Assembly: GCA_963675665.1 (NCBI GenBank)
Contig: OY776510.1
Location: 5,056,001 to 5,120,000 of the forward strand
Direction of reading: 5' to 3'
Origin: Spirochaetia bacterium
Lineage (GTDB): Bacteria; Spirochaetota; Spirochaetia; UBA9216
Length of the DNA: 64,000 nt
The translations under genes and the position numbers were made by a program. The notes under the pieces are model-generated. The model saw only the letters and a program-made list of their open reading frames with translations. It was not told the origin of the DNA and did no database searches. Below, in pieces: positions 9,845-19,112 of the stretch (position 1 is the first letter of the stretch; the number at the start of each line of letters is the position of its first letter).

Positions 9845-11215
9845 TTAAACCCCGCGCAACTTTCGTTTTTCTATTATTCCGATGATCCTGTTATGCATCC
9901 TTGTATCCAAAGGATAAAAAACCAGGGTAATAACTCCCAAAAGCAACAATATTGCAGGAATCAATGTAAACAGATATTTAATCCCTTCGAGAGTTTTTTC
10001 AGTCTGTGCCATATTCGGATTATACCCCGTTCCCGACAGGACCTTTCCGACTATAAATCCCGCAATTGCAACGCAAAGTTTTTGAACGAAATAAAATATT
10101 CCGTATAATATTCCTTCCTTTCTATTTCCAGTCACAAATTCCGAATATTCAACGGTATCGGCAACCATCGCCCAGGGAGAGATCCAGTTTGTCGACAACC
10201 CTATGCCGGCAAATACAAATAATATTATGGTCAAAGCAGCGCTCCGCTCTCCAACCAGCATTATCATTACCAGGCTTACTATTACTATGGACATACCGAG
10301 GCAATATGCCGTGCGCTTGCTTGTTCTTTTGGAAATGTATATCCAGAGAACCGAAGCGCCTGCCGCCGATACGAACAGGCAGAGGAAAGCAATTGATATC
10401 AGGTTTTCAGCTCCCAGATTGTACTTAAAGAAATAATTTATCACGACGGCAAGAATGTTCATTCCGGTCATATTTAAAAGGACTCCGGCGCAAAGAAGGA
10501 GAAACGGTTTATTGCGTACAATTATCCGGATTGAATCCCTTAAACTGTTTTTGTCGCCGGCGTTATAATCAATCTTTTCCTTTACAGCAAAAAAACACAG
10601 GAGCGTTACTCCGGCGGCAATCAGACCGTATACCATGCCGAGCATCCTGAAGCCAAGTTGCTGGCTGCCGGCTCCAAGCAGGTTAACCAGCGGAAGGGTC
10701 ACAGCAGCAGCCGTCAATGTCCCGAGGATACTGAAAATCGCCCGGAACCCCATCACCGAAGCCCTTTCATCGCTGCTTGAAGTCAATGACGGAGTAATTG
10801 CCTGGTAGGGAACATTTACCACTGTTATTGCAGTACTGAAAAAGATAAAAGTTGCCAGTCCGTACAGGAATTTATACTGTTGCTCTACAGGCGGGGCAGC
10901 CCATAACAAAGCTATGCTGAGCATGAACGGAAAGGAGCCGAACAGCAGGTAGGGTCTGAATTTCCCCCACCTGGTTCTGGTTCTGTCGGCAATCATCCCC
11001 ATCAGCGGGTCGGATACTGCATCCCAAATCTTTGCGTATAGAAATATCGTTCCGGCCAGGGCTGGAGCAAGTCCGAATACATCTGTAAAATAAAACATCA
11101 AAAAAAGGCTGGTAGACTGGAACGCCAGGTTCGCTCCGAAATCCGCCAGGGAATAATTCAGCTTGATCGAAAAACCTACCTTCTGATCACTTTCCATTTC
11201 CAATATCTTACTCAT
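9845..11215 (-). CDS. GPH-family (MelB-like) MFS symporter
   Basis: WDAVSDPLMG, DRTRTRWGKFRPYLLFG, ADTVEY motifs. Confidence 0.9.
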   Translation of the reverse strand: MSKILEMESDQKVGFSIKLNYSLADFGANLAFQSTSLFLMFYFTDVFGLAPALAGTIFLYAKIWDAVSDPLMGMIADRTRTRWGKFRPYLLFGSFPFMLSIALLWAAPPVEQQYKFLYGLATFIFFSTAITVVNVPYQAITPSLTSSSDERASVMGFRAIFSILGTLTAAAVTLPLVNLLGAGSQQLGFRMLGMVYGLIAAGVTLLCFFAVKEKIDYNAGDKNSLRDSIRIIVRNKPFLLLCAGVLLNMTGMNILAVVINYFFKYNLGAENLISIAFLCLFVSAAGASVLWIYISKRTSKRTAYCLGMSIVIVSLVMIMLVGERSAALTIILFVFAGIGLSTNWISPWAMVADTVEYSEFVTGNRKEGILYGIFYFVQKLCVAIAGFIVGKVLSGTGYNPNMAQTEKTLEGIKYLFTLIPAILLLLGVITLVFYPLDTRMHNRIIGIIEKRKLRGV

Positions 11216-11224
11216 ATTTCGTTC

Positions 11225-12553
11225 CTAAATTCCGAGAAAAACATTCTGATTCTTCAGATTAGACTGCAATTCAGCAATATCCAATTCTCTGACAAGCAGA
11301 TCCTTTGCCGAACAGAGAGCGGCGGCAGTACCTGCCGCCTGTCCCGTCAGCATACATACAGGCTGAATTGCCCAGGCGGCCATTGCTTCATACTGTCCCG
11401 AAATGGAGCTTCCGGGTACAATTACATTTTTAATCTTTTCAGGCAGAAGACAACGAAACGGAATAGTGTACCAGGTGTTTATCAGATGTTTGAAGATATT
11501 GCTTCCGCTTTCAGGGTCCCAGATTTCCACACGGTAGGTACCTGTTGCTATCACATCATCAAACTTTTTCCCCGATAAAATATCGTTCTGGGTGATATGG
11601 TAATCACCGTGAATTCTGCGGGTACCTATTGCTCCCAGAGAAGCGCCAGTATTGATTAATTTTGCATCCCTGAATTCCGGAAAAGTTTTTTTCATGTATT
11701 CGACAATGTCCCAGATCTGCTGTCTCTGAACTTTTTCACCCTCTGCAGAACTTTCCGGCTCCAGCGGATTGATATTGAAGACCCTTGTTCCGAATATCTG
11801 TACTACGCCTCTGCTGAATACATGCATGCAGAGGCCCTGCAACGGAATATCAATAATCCCTCTGGAGCGGTCTTTCTCATAGATACCGGATATTTTTTCG
11901 ATATCAATTTTATCGGTGTCTACGCCTGCAATTCTCCACGTTGTTGAACTCGGCATTATGAAGTTTTTCTCAGGATGTCCCAAATCGGCACCGTAACCGG
12001 CCCTGAACACCAGATCGGCACTGCCTGTTGCATCAATGAAAATCTTTCCTTTTACCTTCCGTCTGCCGCTCAGGGTTTCTATTACTATTGATTCAACCAG
12101 ATTATCCGCCATATTTACACCGGTTAAAAGAGAGTTATTCCAAAACTCAACTCCTGTTTCATCCATGAGATCAAAAAAAACTTTTTTTAACGCCTCCGGA
12201 TCATAGATATACCATTTAGCCGACGCAACCTTGTCATCTTCCGTCGGATCGGGAACAAAGGTATCGACTCCGTCCATTTTTATTTCCCTGAGTTCTATTG
12301 CATCGAGAGTCCTCAGCCTGTCAACTATTTCCTGCGGAAACCCGCTGTAGGATTGTTCCATTTCCCCGATTTCGATAGCGGTAACTATAGGCCACATTGA
12401 AACCGGCACAACGGTAGACATGCCACCCGGAAAAGAAAATCTGTCAATCAGCAGGACTTTTGCCCCGTTGCGACTTGAGGATATGGCGGCGCTCATCCCG
12501 GACGGGCCGGAGCCGGCTATCACTACATCAAAATTTAAATTTTCTTCATCCAT
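11225..12553 (-). CDS. FAD-dependent oxidoreductase (PF12831-like)
   Basis: GSGPSG dinucleotide motif, FIDATGSADL, RRIHGDY, YTIPFRCLLP, CMLTGQAAGTAAAL. Confidence 0.85.
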   Translation of the reverse strand: MDEENLNFDVVIAGSGPSGMSAAISSSRNGAKVLLIDRFSFPGGMSTVVPVSMWPIVTAIEIGEMEQSYSGFPQEIVDRLRTLDAIELREIKMDGVDTFVPDPTEDDKVASAKWYIYDPEALKKVFFDLMDETGVEFWNNSLLTGVNMADNLVESIVIETLSGRRKVKGKIFIDATGSADLVFRAGYGADLGHPEKNFIMPSSTTWRIAGVDTDKIDIEKISGIYEKDRSRGIIDIPLQGLCMHVFSRGVVQIFGTRVFNINPLEPESSAEGEKVQRQQIWDIVEYMKKTFPEFRDAKLINTGASLGAIGTRRIHGDYHITQNDILSGKKFDDVIATGTYRVEIWDPESGSNIFKHLINTWYTIPFRCLLPEKIKNVIVPGSSISGQYEAMAAWAIQPVCMLTGQAAGTAAALCSAKDLLVRELDIAELQSNLKNQNVFLGI

Positions 12554-12578
12554 AACTTTCTCTCCTCTCCGTTAATAT

Positions 12579-14135
12579 TTATTGTGAAACATCGACACCT
12601 GTCGCAATCATTTCCGAGATTTTTTTCGCAGCCAGAATCTGGGTCCATACGCCGGGTCCGCATTCGCTTTGACTGCCTATAAACCAGAGGTTCCTGAAGG
12701 GAGTTTTATGCGGTATTCCGGCGGTTATAATATCCGGCCTGGCCCCTCCGAAAGAGTGGTGTGAAACCTGATGAACCATCTTCCCGTAATCTTCAGGGGT
12801 TATGACAACCTTTTCAAGAATCGACTGCTGAAGCCCGGGTATTATCCTTTCAGCATGGTTCAGCAGTTTTTCTTCGAGCCGGGCTCTATGACTTTCCCAT
12901 CCGCCGTCAATTCTGTACGGGGCAATGGTATATACGGTCACTGCGTATTTCCCTTCCGGGGCCATGTCGGGCGAGTGAAAAGACGGGATATAAATCAGAA
13001 AACCGTCGTCTCCCTGCTGCGGGACCCCCTGCCTTGTTCGCTTCACTCCGGCTTCCACATCATAAGTATTGTAATAGTACGCCAGAGGCATCGGCTGATA
13101 TTCTGCAGGGTTAAAATCGATTCCCAGGTGGATCATGAAAACCGATTCCATAAGAGGCAGGTTCTCAACCTTGTCTATCCATGATTTATCAAGATACTCT
13201 CTGCCGATCATATTAAAAAAACAGTTTTCAGCCGGGCCGCTGACCGCGACAATATCCGACTCGTGGAAAACACCGTCGGAAGTTTCCACTCCACAGGCGC
13301 AATTATCCTGAATGTGGATTTTCCGGACCGGCGCTGAGGTATGAACACGGCCTCCGTTTTTTACCAGCCGCTCAATAATATTATTGATCAGCACCCCGTT
13401 TCCTCCTTCCACATAACGGTAGGTTATATGTCCGGGACCGAAACAAAAAACCTTTCTCTGCCTGATTTTCCTGTTATATGCATTTTCCTGGTTGGAAAAT
13501 GCCAGCGCAAGCGCCGGGTACTCATCGGGAAGAACCGTCATATCCGCAAGGATCATCATGAAATAGGCTTTTAATTTATCGTTTTTAAAAAACAGATCAA
13601 CAATCTCGCAGCTGTTCATCCGGCTGTACTTTCTAACTGCAAGATATTTAACAGACATTCCGGCTTTGAATAACAGTTTAATGAATCCGTTTTTAAACGG
13701 AATATTCTTCTCAAGTGTTACAAGATCATTAACAGTATCCATCATTCCCAGGAATTTTCTTATACTTTTCCGTTCTTCAGGGAAAATGGAGGACAACCGT
13801 TTCTTTCTCCAGTTTCTATTAAAATCATCGCCCGGCTGTATTGAAAAATCTTTAAAGAAAAGACTGCGGTCTCCCCTGACAAGCTTAAGGTCAAAGTCGG
13901 GAAATACTTCCTTTAACGCTTTTCCTGCCGGTTCCGCCGGAGCAATACCCTCAAGCATCATCGGGCCCAGATCCCATTTAAAACCGTTTGACGACAGTGT
14001 TGCGGTTACTCCGCCGGGCCGGGAATGCTGCTCAAAGACCTCTGTCTGATAACCGTATTTCTGAAGACAGGCGGCAAGACTTAATCCGGCTATGCCGCTT
14101 CCGATAATTATAGCTTTCTTCCCGTTTGTATTCAT
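12579..14135 (-). CDS. Phytoene desaturase / retinol saturase-like FAD oxidoreductase
   Basis: IIGSGIAGL..EQHSRPGG..GFKWDLGP; SVFMIHLG; TPFRNLWFIG. Confidence 0.8.
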   Translation of the reverse strand: MNTNGKKAIIIGSGIAGLSLAACLQKYGYQTEVFEQHSRPGGVTATLSSNGFKWDLGPMMLEGIAPAEPAGKALKEVFPDFDLKLVRGDRSLFFKDFSIQPGDDFNRNWRKKRLSSIFPEERKSIRKFLGMMDTVNDLVTLEKNIPFKNGFIKLLFKAGMSVKYLAVRKYSRMNSCEIVDLFFKNDKLKAYFMMILADMTVLPDEYPALALAFSNQENAYNRKIRQRKVFCFGPGHITYRYVEGGNGVLINNIIERLVKNGGRVHTSAPVRKIHIQDNCACGVETSDGVFHESDIVAVSGPAENCFFNMIGREYLDKSWIDKVENLPLMESVFMIHLGIDFNPAEYQPMPLAYYYNTYDVEAGVKRTRQGVPQQGDDGFLIYIPSFHSPDMAPEGKYAVTVYTIAPYRIDGGWESHRARLEEKLLNHAERIIPGLQQSILEKVVITPEDYGKMVHQVSHHSFGGARPDIITAGIPHKTPFRNLWFIGSQSECGPGVWTQILAAKKISEMIATGVDVSQ

Positions 14136-15463
14136 ATTGATTTACATACTGCATAATGGTAATCAGAAATCACTTCCGCTATTCTTGCCCTGATTAGTTC
14201 AGAAGGGTCTTTTTTTAATAACTGATTTCTAACATCCCAATATTGTCTTTCAAAAAACTGCTTTAAAAGACCATCCGGTATTTCTTCGGATTCCATATTG
14301 ACAAGAAGCCTGTCAAGGCTCTCTTTTACCTCGGGATCATTCCAGTAATATCTTATTCGATCCGAATAACTGTATTTTTTTGACAGTTCAACTTCATACC
14401 TGCTTCCGCGGTAATAATCTTCCCAGTAACTTCTATTCCTGTTCTCCGCCTTGTTAAGAACCTCTTTAATTTCCGACAGTTTTATATTTACAAAAGACCC
14501 GAACATCTCCTGCTCCATGTAGCCCAAAAGGAAAACAGCCTCGCGCATTGCATATGACAAAGCAGGACCCACTTTTAAAATTGAGAAACCGTCGGCTACC
14601 ATGGATCTTAATTTCTCCGCCGATTGATAATCAGTTGAATGCGCTTCATAAACCAGATTGTAGTTTTTAATAAATTCTATAAGCTTTTCATTTTTTTCAT
14701 GTTCATATGGAAATACGATACTGTCGCCGAATTCAACTCCCGGCTGAACTACAACGGCAATCACCCTTTCCCATGCGTTATGAAGTTTTTCTTTCGCAAA
14801 AGCGGCTTCCGCTTCTTTTATTGTGTATTCAAGATCACTGACCGACGTAACCTCCGGGGCAGCGACATGCCCTTCAACCTCACCTCCGGGAACCGGCACC
14901 TCCGATCCAATTACAAAAACAGGGGGCTCAAGGGCCCTGTTCAGTTTATATTCTTCTTCGAAAGCCTTTTCGGCAACCCTGCATAATTGCGCTGTTCTTT
15001 CGGCTATAAGCCGTATATTTATTCCGCCCCCGGGTTCACGTTCGTCTTCCCCGAGAGGATGGCTGGCATCAAGATGTATCTTGCTGAATCCGGCCCGGAC
15101 ATAGCTGTCTACAAGGTCACAGGCTTTTTCCATTGCTTTTTCAGCCGGCTCTTTCCTCCATGGGTATGGTCCGAGATGGTCTCCCCCCAGAATCAGGGAT
15201 TCGGAACTGATCAGCCCTTTACTGTATATTGATTCTATATAATTTCTGAAATCTGCCGGCTTCATACCGGTGTAGCCGCCTTGCTGATTAACCTGATTGG
15301 AGGTTGATTCAATCAGCACCGGAAGTCCGGCTTCAGCGCCCTGTTCAATTGCAGCTTCGAGAACAAACCGGTTGGACGAACATATTGAAGCAATCCCGGA
15401 GTGCCTTCCGTTCCTGTTGTCGTCTATAATATTTCTGAATAAATCATATGTTGATTTCTTCAT
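14132..15463 (-). CDS. gatZ: GatZ/KbaZ family protein (tagatose-6-phosphate 4-epimerase-like)
   Basis: SICS, ESTSNQVNQQGGYTGM, GGDHLGP, GSEVPVPGG, VVQPGVEF, EAHSTDYQ, SDRIRYYW. Confidence 0.9.
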   Translation of the reverse strand: MKKSTYDLFRNIIDDNRNGRHSGIASICSSNRFVLEAAIEQGAEAGLPVLIESTSNQVNQQGGYTGMKPADFRNYIESIYSKGLISSESLILGGDHLGPYPWRKEPAEKAMEKACDLVDSYVRAGFSKIHLDASHPLGEDEREPGGGINIRLIAERTAQLCRVAEKAFEEEYKLNRALEPPVFVIGSEVPVPGGEVEGHVAAPEVTSVSDLEYTIKEAEAAFAKEKLHNAWERVIAVVVQPGVEFGDSIVFPYEHEKNEKLIEFIKNYNLVYEAHSTDYQSAEKLRSMVADGFSILKVGPALSYAMREAVFLLGYMEQEMFGSFVNIKLSEIKEVLNKAENRNRSYWEDYYRGSRYEVELSKKYSYSDRIRYYWNDPEVKESLDRLLVNMESEEIPDGLLKQFFERQYWDVRNQLLKKDPSELIRARIAEVISDYHYAVCKSI

Positions 15464-16422
15464 GCCGTTATCATTTTCCTTACCGAATCCGCGGAGATCT
15501 CGCCTTCCATCGGGCCGAATGCCGAGGCATTTAAAGCCCCTGCAGCCGCAGCAATTCTGCCTGCTTCGGAAACAGACTTTCCTTCAATAATTCCGCATAA
15601 AAATCCTGCGTCAAACGAGTCTCCGGCACCGGTGGGATCTACTTCCCGAATTTTATAAACCGGGATGCTGACTTCATCCTTATCTCTCTGAAAAACAGCC
15701 GCCCCGTTTTTTCCTTTTTTCAGCACAATGATCTCCAGCCTGCTGTTGCCGCTGAACAGGACAGATACGGCCTCATCGATGGTCTCTTTATTCGTCATCA
15801 TTTTAAGCTCATCAATGCCCGGCAGAATTATTGAAGAATTGTCAATAATCGGCCTGATAATCTCTAAAAGGTCTCCGTCGGCAAGCAATTCTTTCCTGAT
15901 ATTGGGATCAAAACTTATCCTGTATCCGGCCTTAATAAAAGTCTCCATCGTTTCAATTATTGAATCCCTGAATTTGTCGGAAGCCAGAAGGGAACATCCC
16001 ATTATATGGAAAAAACCCTTATTGCCGTCCGGATCCGCCGACAACTCCGAAACCAGCGAATCAGGAATCCTGTTGTTCATTACGGCGGGGGTTCCGTCTA
16101 TGTGGTAAATGAACCGGCGAGAGCCGTCTTCAAAATATGTTACGAAAGCTACCGCAGTTGCCGTCTGTTCATATTCCCCGACAAACCTTGTGTCTACACC
16201 GTCATGCGACAGCCTGTCGATTACACATCTTCCGAAATCATCTTTTCCTACACCGCCGATGATTCCGCTCTTGTGGCCCAATCTTGCGGCGGTATCGATG
16301 AAAATTGCGGGAGCGCCGCTGGGAAACGGCCCCCTGAAAATTCCGGTTTCGTACAATGACATTCCCGCGTTCGGCCTCATTATTTCAACAAGGATCTCTC
16401 CCATTGTCCATATTGCAGCCAT
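15460..16422 (-). CDS. PfkB-family sugar kinase (tagatose kinase-like)
   Basis: GEILVEIM, GPFPSGAPAIF, FDPNIR, DPTGAGDSF; adjacent to gatZ. Confidence 0.85.
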   Translation of the reverse strand: MAAIWTMGEILVEIMRPNAGMSLYETGIFRGPFPSGAPAIFIDTAARLGHKSGIIGGVGKDDFGRCVIDRLSHDGVDTRFVGEYEQTATAVAFVTYFEDGSRRFIYHIDGTPAVMNNRIPDSLVSELSADPDGNKGFFHIMGCSLLASDKFRDSIIETMETFIKAGYRISFDPNIRKELLADGDLLEIIRPIIDNSSIILPGIDELKMMTNKETIDEAVSVLFSGNSRLEIIVLKKGKNGAAVFQRDKDEVSIPVYKIREVDPTGAGDSFDAGFLCGIIEGKSVSEAGRIAAAAGALNASAFGPMEGEISADSVRKMITA

Positions 16423-16425
16423 CAC

Positions 16426-16917
16426 TCACCTCCCTGAACCGTCGCCGGAGAAATCAATCTTTACACTTTCGGCAAGGGGACAGATTTCAAGATCATCATC
16501 CGGAGTACCGGATTTAAATATGACCAGTATCCGCCCGATATCATCGAGGGGAAAAGGAGACCAGTGCCAGGTCCCCTCATGCATTGCGACGGCTTCTCCC
16601 TGTCGTATGACAAAAGCAGCAAGATCCTCTCCCGCACGCCCCCCCGGTTTTCCGAACAGCACGACTGAATCGCCTTCAATCCCAATCATAATTTCAGGAG
16701 AGTTTTTATGCCTTTCCATTTGGGTTACTATTTTTTCTCTCCGGTATATTTCCAGTATTCCGGTAGATGTGGTCCGGCCCATTTGCAGTTCAGACACCTT
16801 ATCCCAGTATGTAATTTCTTTATTCGCAGCGACCGGGCATCCGTTTGTCAGGGATATAATTTTCCCGAAACGTTCAAATCTGTCCTGCGACAATTTTTCG
16901 ACGTCTATATTTATCAA
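16426..16917 (-). CDS. Ureidoglycolate lyase (AllA)-like cupin
   Basis: F.RFG near the N-terminus, MERH..SPE, GTWHWSPFP; TTG start. Confidence 0.7.
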   Translation of the reverse strand: MINIDVEKLSQDRFERFGKIISLTNGCPVAANKEITYWDKVSELQMGRTTSTGILEIYRREKIVTQMERHKNSPEIMIGIEGDSVVLFGKPGGRAGEDLAAFVIRQGEAVAMHEGTWHWSPFPLDDIGRILVIFKSGTPDDDLEICPLAESVKIDFSGDGSGR

Positions 16918-16942
16918 TTGTTCTCTCCCGTAAATTCCTGTT

Positions 16943-17962
16943 TTAAAGATCTATTATTACCTTTATCGCCTCATCCGGTTTTTCCATCAGCAGCCTGTAT
17001 CCCTTTTCCCACTCTTCAAATTTAAAATGGTGAGTCCTGAGCTGTTCGAGCTTTATTTCTTTTCTGCTTATTAACTCAACCGCCCTGTAATAATCATCCC
17101 ATGTATACATTAGCGAACCCGTCATTTCAATTTCCTTGTCCTGGACCATTACCATATTGGTTTCCGGCTGATCTTCATAAACGCCGAGGACTATCAGCTG
17201 GCCGCCCCTGTCAATAAGCGATATTGAATTATTTAAAACGGCTTTGTTCCCGACACACTCAAAAACGACTTCGGGAGGATTGTTTCCAAGGATTCTATGA
17301 ATATCACCGATTAAGTCTTCTGTCTTTCCGGGATTTATAACTGTGAAACCGAGCTTTTTCGCAATATCCAGCCTGTTTTCAAGCAGATCCGCCAGGATAA
17401 TTTTCCCGGCCCCTGCATTCCCGGCAACCTGGGCAACCAGATTACCTATTGTGCCCGCGCCGAATACGACGACGTCTTTTCCTTCAATGGAATCCACTTT
17501 ACTTACGGCTCTTACCGCGACGGCCGCCGGTTCAACCATAGCTGCATCGTCGGCGGAAACCCCGTTGGGGATTTTTACAACATGCGCAGCATCAACCTTA
17601 AAGTATTCACTGCCGGCCCCGTGAACAGCGCCTCCGATAAACTGAAGTTTATCGCACTGGGCGACTATCCCTTTTTTACATTTCCTGCATTCCCCGCACC
17701 CGATTGCGGGCTGGACCGTTACCAGATCGCCCTTTTCAAAGCCCTTTACCTCGGAACCCAGTTCTTCAATATAGCCGCTGAACTCATGGCCCTGTACAAG
17801 AGGAAAGCTGACCAGCGGATGTTTCCCCTTATACACATGCAGATCCGAACCGCATATTCCGATCCTTGATATTTTAAGCAGTACTTCATTATCATTAATT
17901 TCCGGTTTCTCTACTTCGCGGTACTTGATTGTTAATTTCTCCGGCATGAAAGCTTGCTTCAT
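16943..17962 (-). CDS. Zn-dependent polyol/sugar dehydrogenase (MDR family)
   Basis: GICGSD, GHEFSG, structural Zn CGECRKC..C, GAGTIG; GGAG precedes ATG 17962. Confidence 0.9.
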   Translation of the reverse strand: MKQAFMPEKLTIKYREVEKPEINDNEVLLKISRIGICGSDLHVYKGKHPLVSFPLVQGHEFSGYIEELGSEVKGFEKGDLVTVQPAIGCGECRKCKKGIVAQCDKLQFIGGAVHGAGSEYFKVDAAHVVKIPNGVSADDAAMVEPAAVAVRAVSKVDSIEGKDVVVFGAGTIGNLVAQVAGNAGAGKIILADLLENRLDIAKKLGFTVINPGKTEDLIGDIHRILGNNPPEVVFECVGNKAVLNNSISLIDRGGQLIVLGVYEDQPETNMVMVQDKEIEMTGSLMYTWDDYYRAVELISRKEIKLEQLRTHHFKFEEWEKGYRLLMEKPDEAIKVIIDL

Positions 17963-17997
17963 TTTAATCTCCATAAAAAAAGGTAAACTGCTTATTT

Positions 17998-19110
17998 TTA
18001 TAAGCTGTCAAAAACAACATCAATTATGCTCTTTATTTCTACAGAAGAATTGAATTTTTCCTTTGCATTTTTAAAGGTTTTAACGGAATTCTGCGAAGAA
18101 GTAACCAGAAGCTCTACGCCGTCGTTTTCAGCCTCTTCAAGCACCTTTTTCGCAATTTCGCAGCCTATTTCAGGATGCGTAAAAAACATTGCCGATCCGG
18201 CCCCGCTGCTTTGCGCCTTTTCCCTGTTGAAATACAATTCGGACAGGCTGCCGGAAACACACATTCCGATAACGTCACGCGGCGCATCAAAAACACCCAG
18301 CTTGCGGCCAAGATAGCTTCCGTCGTGATAAGCTGTCTTCTTGCCGATGTTTTTCTTCAAGGCAAGTTTATTCTCTTTGGCCGCTTTTTCAACAAACTCC
18401 GAAAAATGTATTACCTGAAGGCCCTCCGGGAGAGTAATTCCCCATTCCGGAAAAAGCTCTTTTATAGCGCGAAGGCTTGCGGCGCAGTATGATACTATCA
18501 CCCCGGCGTTACTTTCCTTCAGAGCCCCGGCAAATTTCAGGGCCGAACTTTTTGCCGCTTCGTAATACCCCAGATCATAAAGTTCCATACCGCTGCTGAT
18601 ATCCCTGTCAAAGATTGAAAAATCCGAGCCTTCCTTTTTAAGTATTAAAACAGCCTTGTCAACGGCTTCCTGATCCATTTCGCCGAGGGTGTTGCCCGGA
18701 ATAAACAGGACCCTTGAATTCCCTTTGTCAGCATACTTTGACGCCAGTTTATATTTCTTTTCTCCGTAAATATTGCCTTTTTCAATCAGGTTTTCGGCGG
18801 CTGTTTTAACGGAGGCCGGCACAAGATTCTTTTTAACGATCTCGTCTCTTGCGTCGCGTACCATCTGATCTTCTTTCCAGTCGAAAAAGCAGTCTTCCCT
18901 GCATTCGCCGCCAAGGGTACACTGATAAAAATAATCGGCAATAGTATCGGTCCATTCACGTTTACCTTCATCAATTTCCGACAGGAGTATTCCGTACCCC
19001 TTGGGCGTACAGGATTCAAGTTTTGTAGCAATAAAATGAGGGCTTATATATCTGCACATAAAACAATGCTTGCAAGCCCTTACTGTTTCTCTGGTTTCCG
19101 CTATTCCCAT
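17998..19110 (-). CDS. GlpC/HdrD-like Fe-S protein with degenerate Cys motifs
   Basis: CKHCFMC and YQCTLGGECREDC ferredoxin-like region; CCG-domain relics YHDGSYLGR and SSGAGSA. Confidence 0.75.
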   Translation of the reverse strand: MGIAETRETVRACKHCFMCRYISPHFIATKLESCTPKGYGILLSEIDEGKREWTDTIADYFYQCTLGGECREDCFFDWKEDQMVRDARDEIVKKNLVPASVKTAAENLIEKGNIYGEKKYKLASKYADKGNSRVLFIPGNTLGEMDQEAVDKAVLILKKEGSDFSIFDRDISSGMELYDLGYYEAAKSSALKFAGALKESNAGVIVSYCAASLRAIKELFPEWGITLPEGLQVIHFSEFVEKAAKENKLALKKNIGKKTAYHDGSYLGRKLGVFDAPRDVIGMCVSGSLSELYFNREKAQSSGAGSAMFFTHPEIGCEIAKKVLEEAENDGVELLVTSSQNSVKTFKNAKEKFNSSVEIKSIIDVVFDSL

Positions 19111-19112
19111 GG

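Noticed and set aside
16109-16933. 274-aa plus-strand ORF
   Set aside because: Antisense to the PfkB and cupin genes, with Ser/Pro-rich shadow composition
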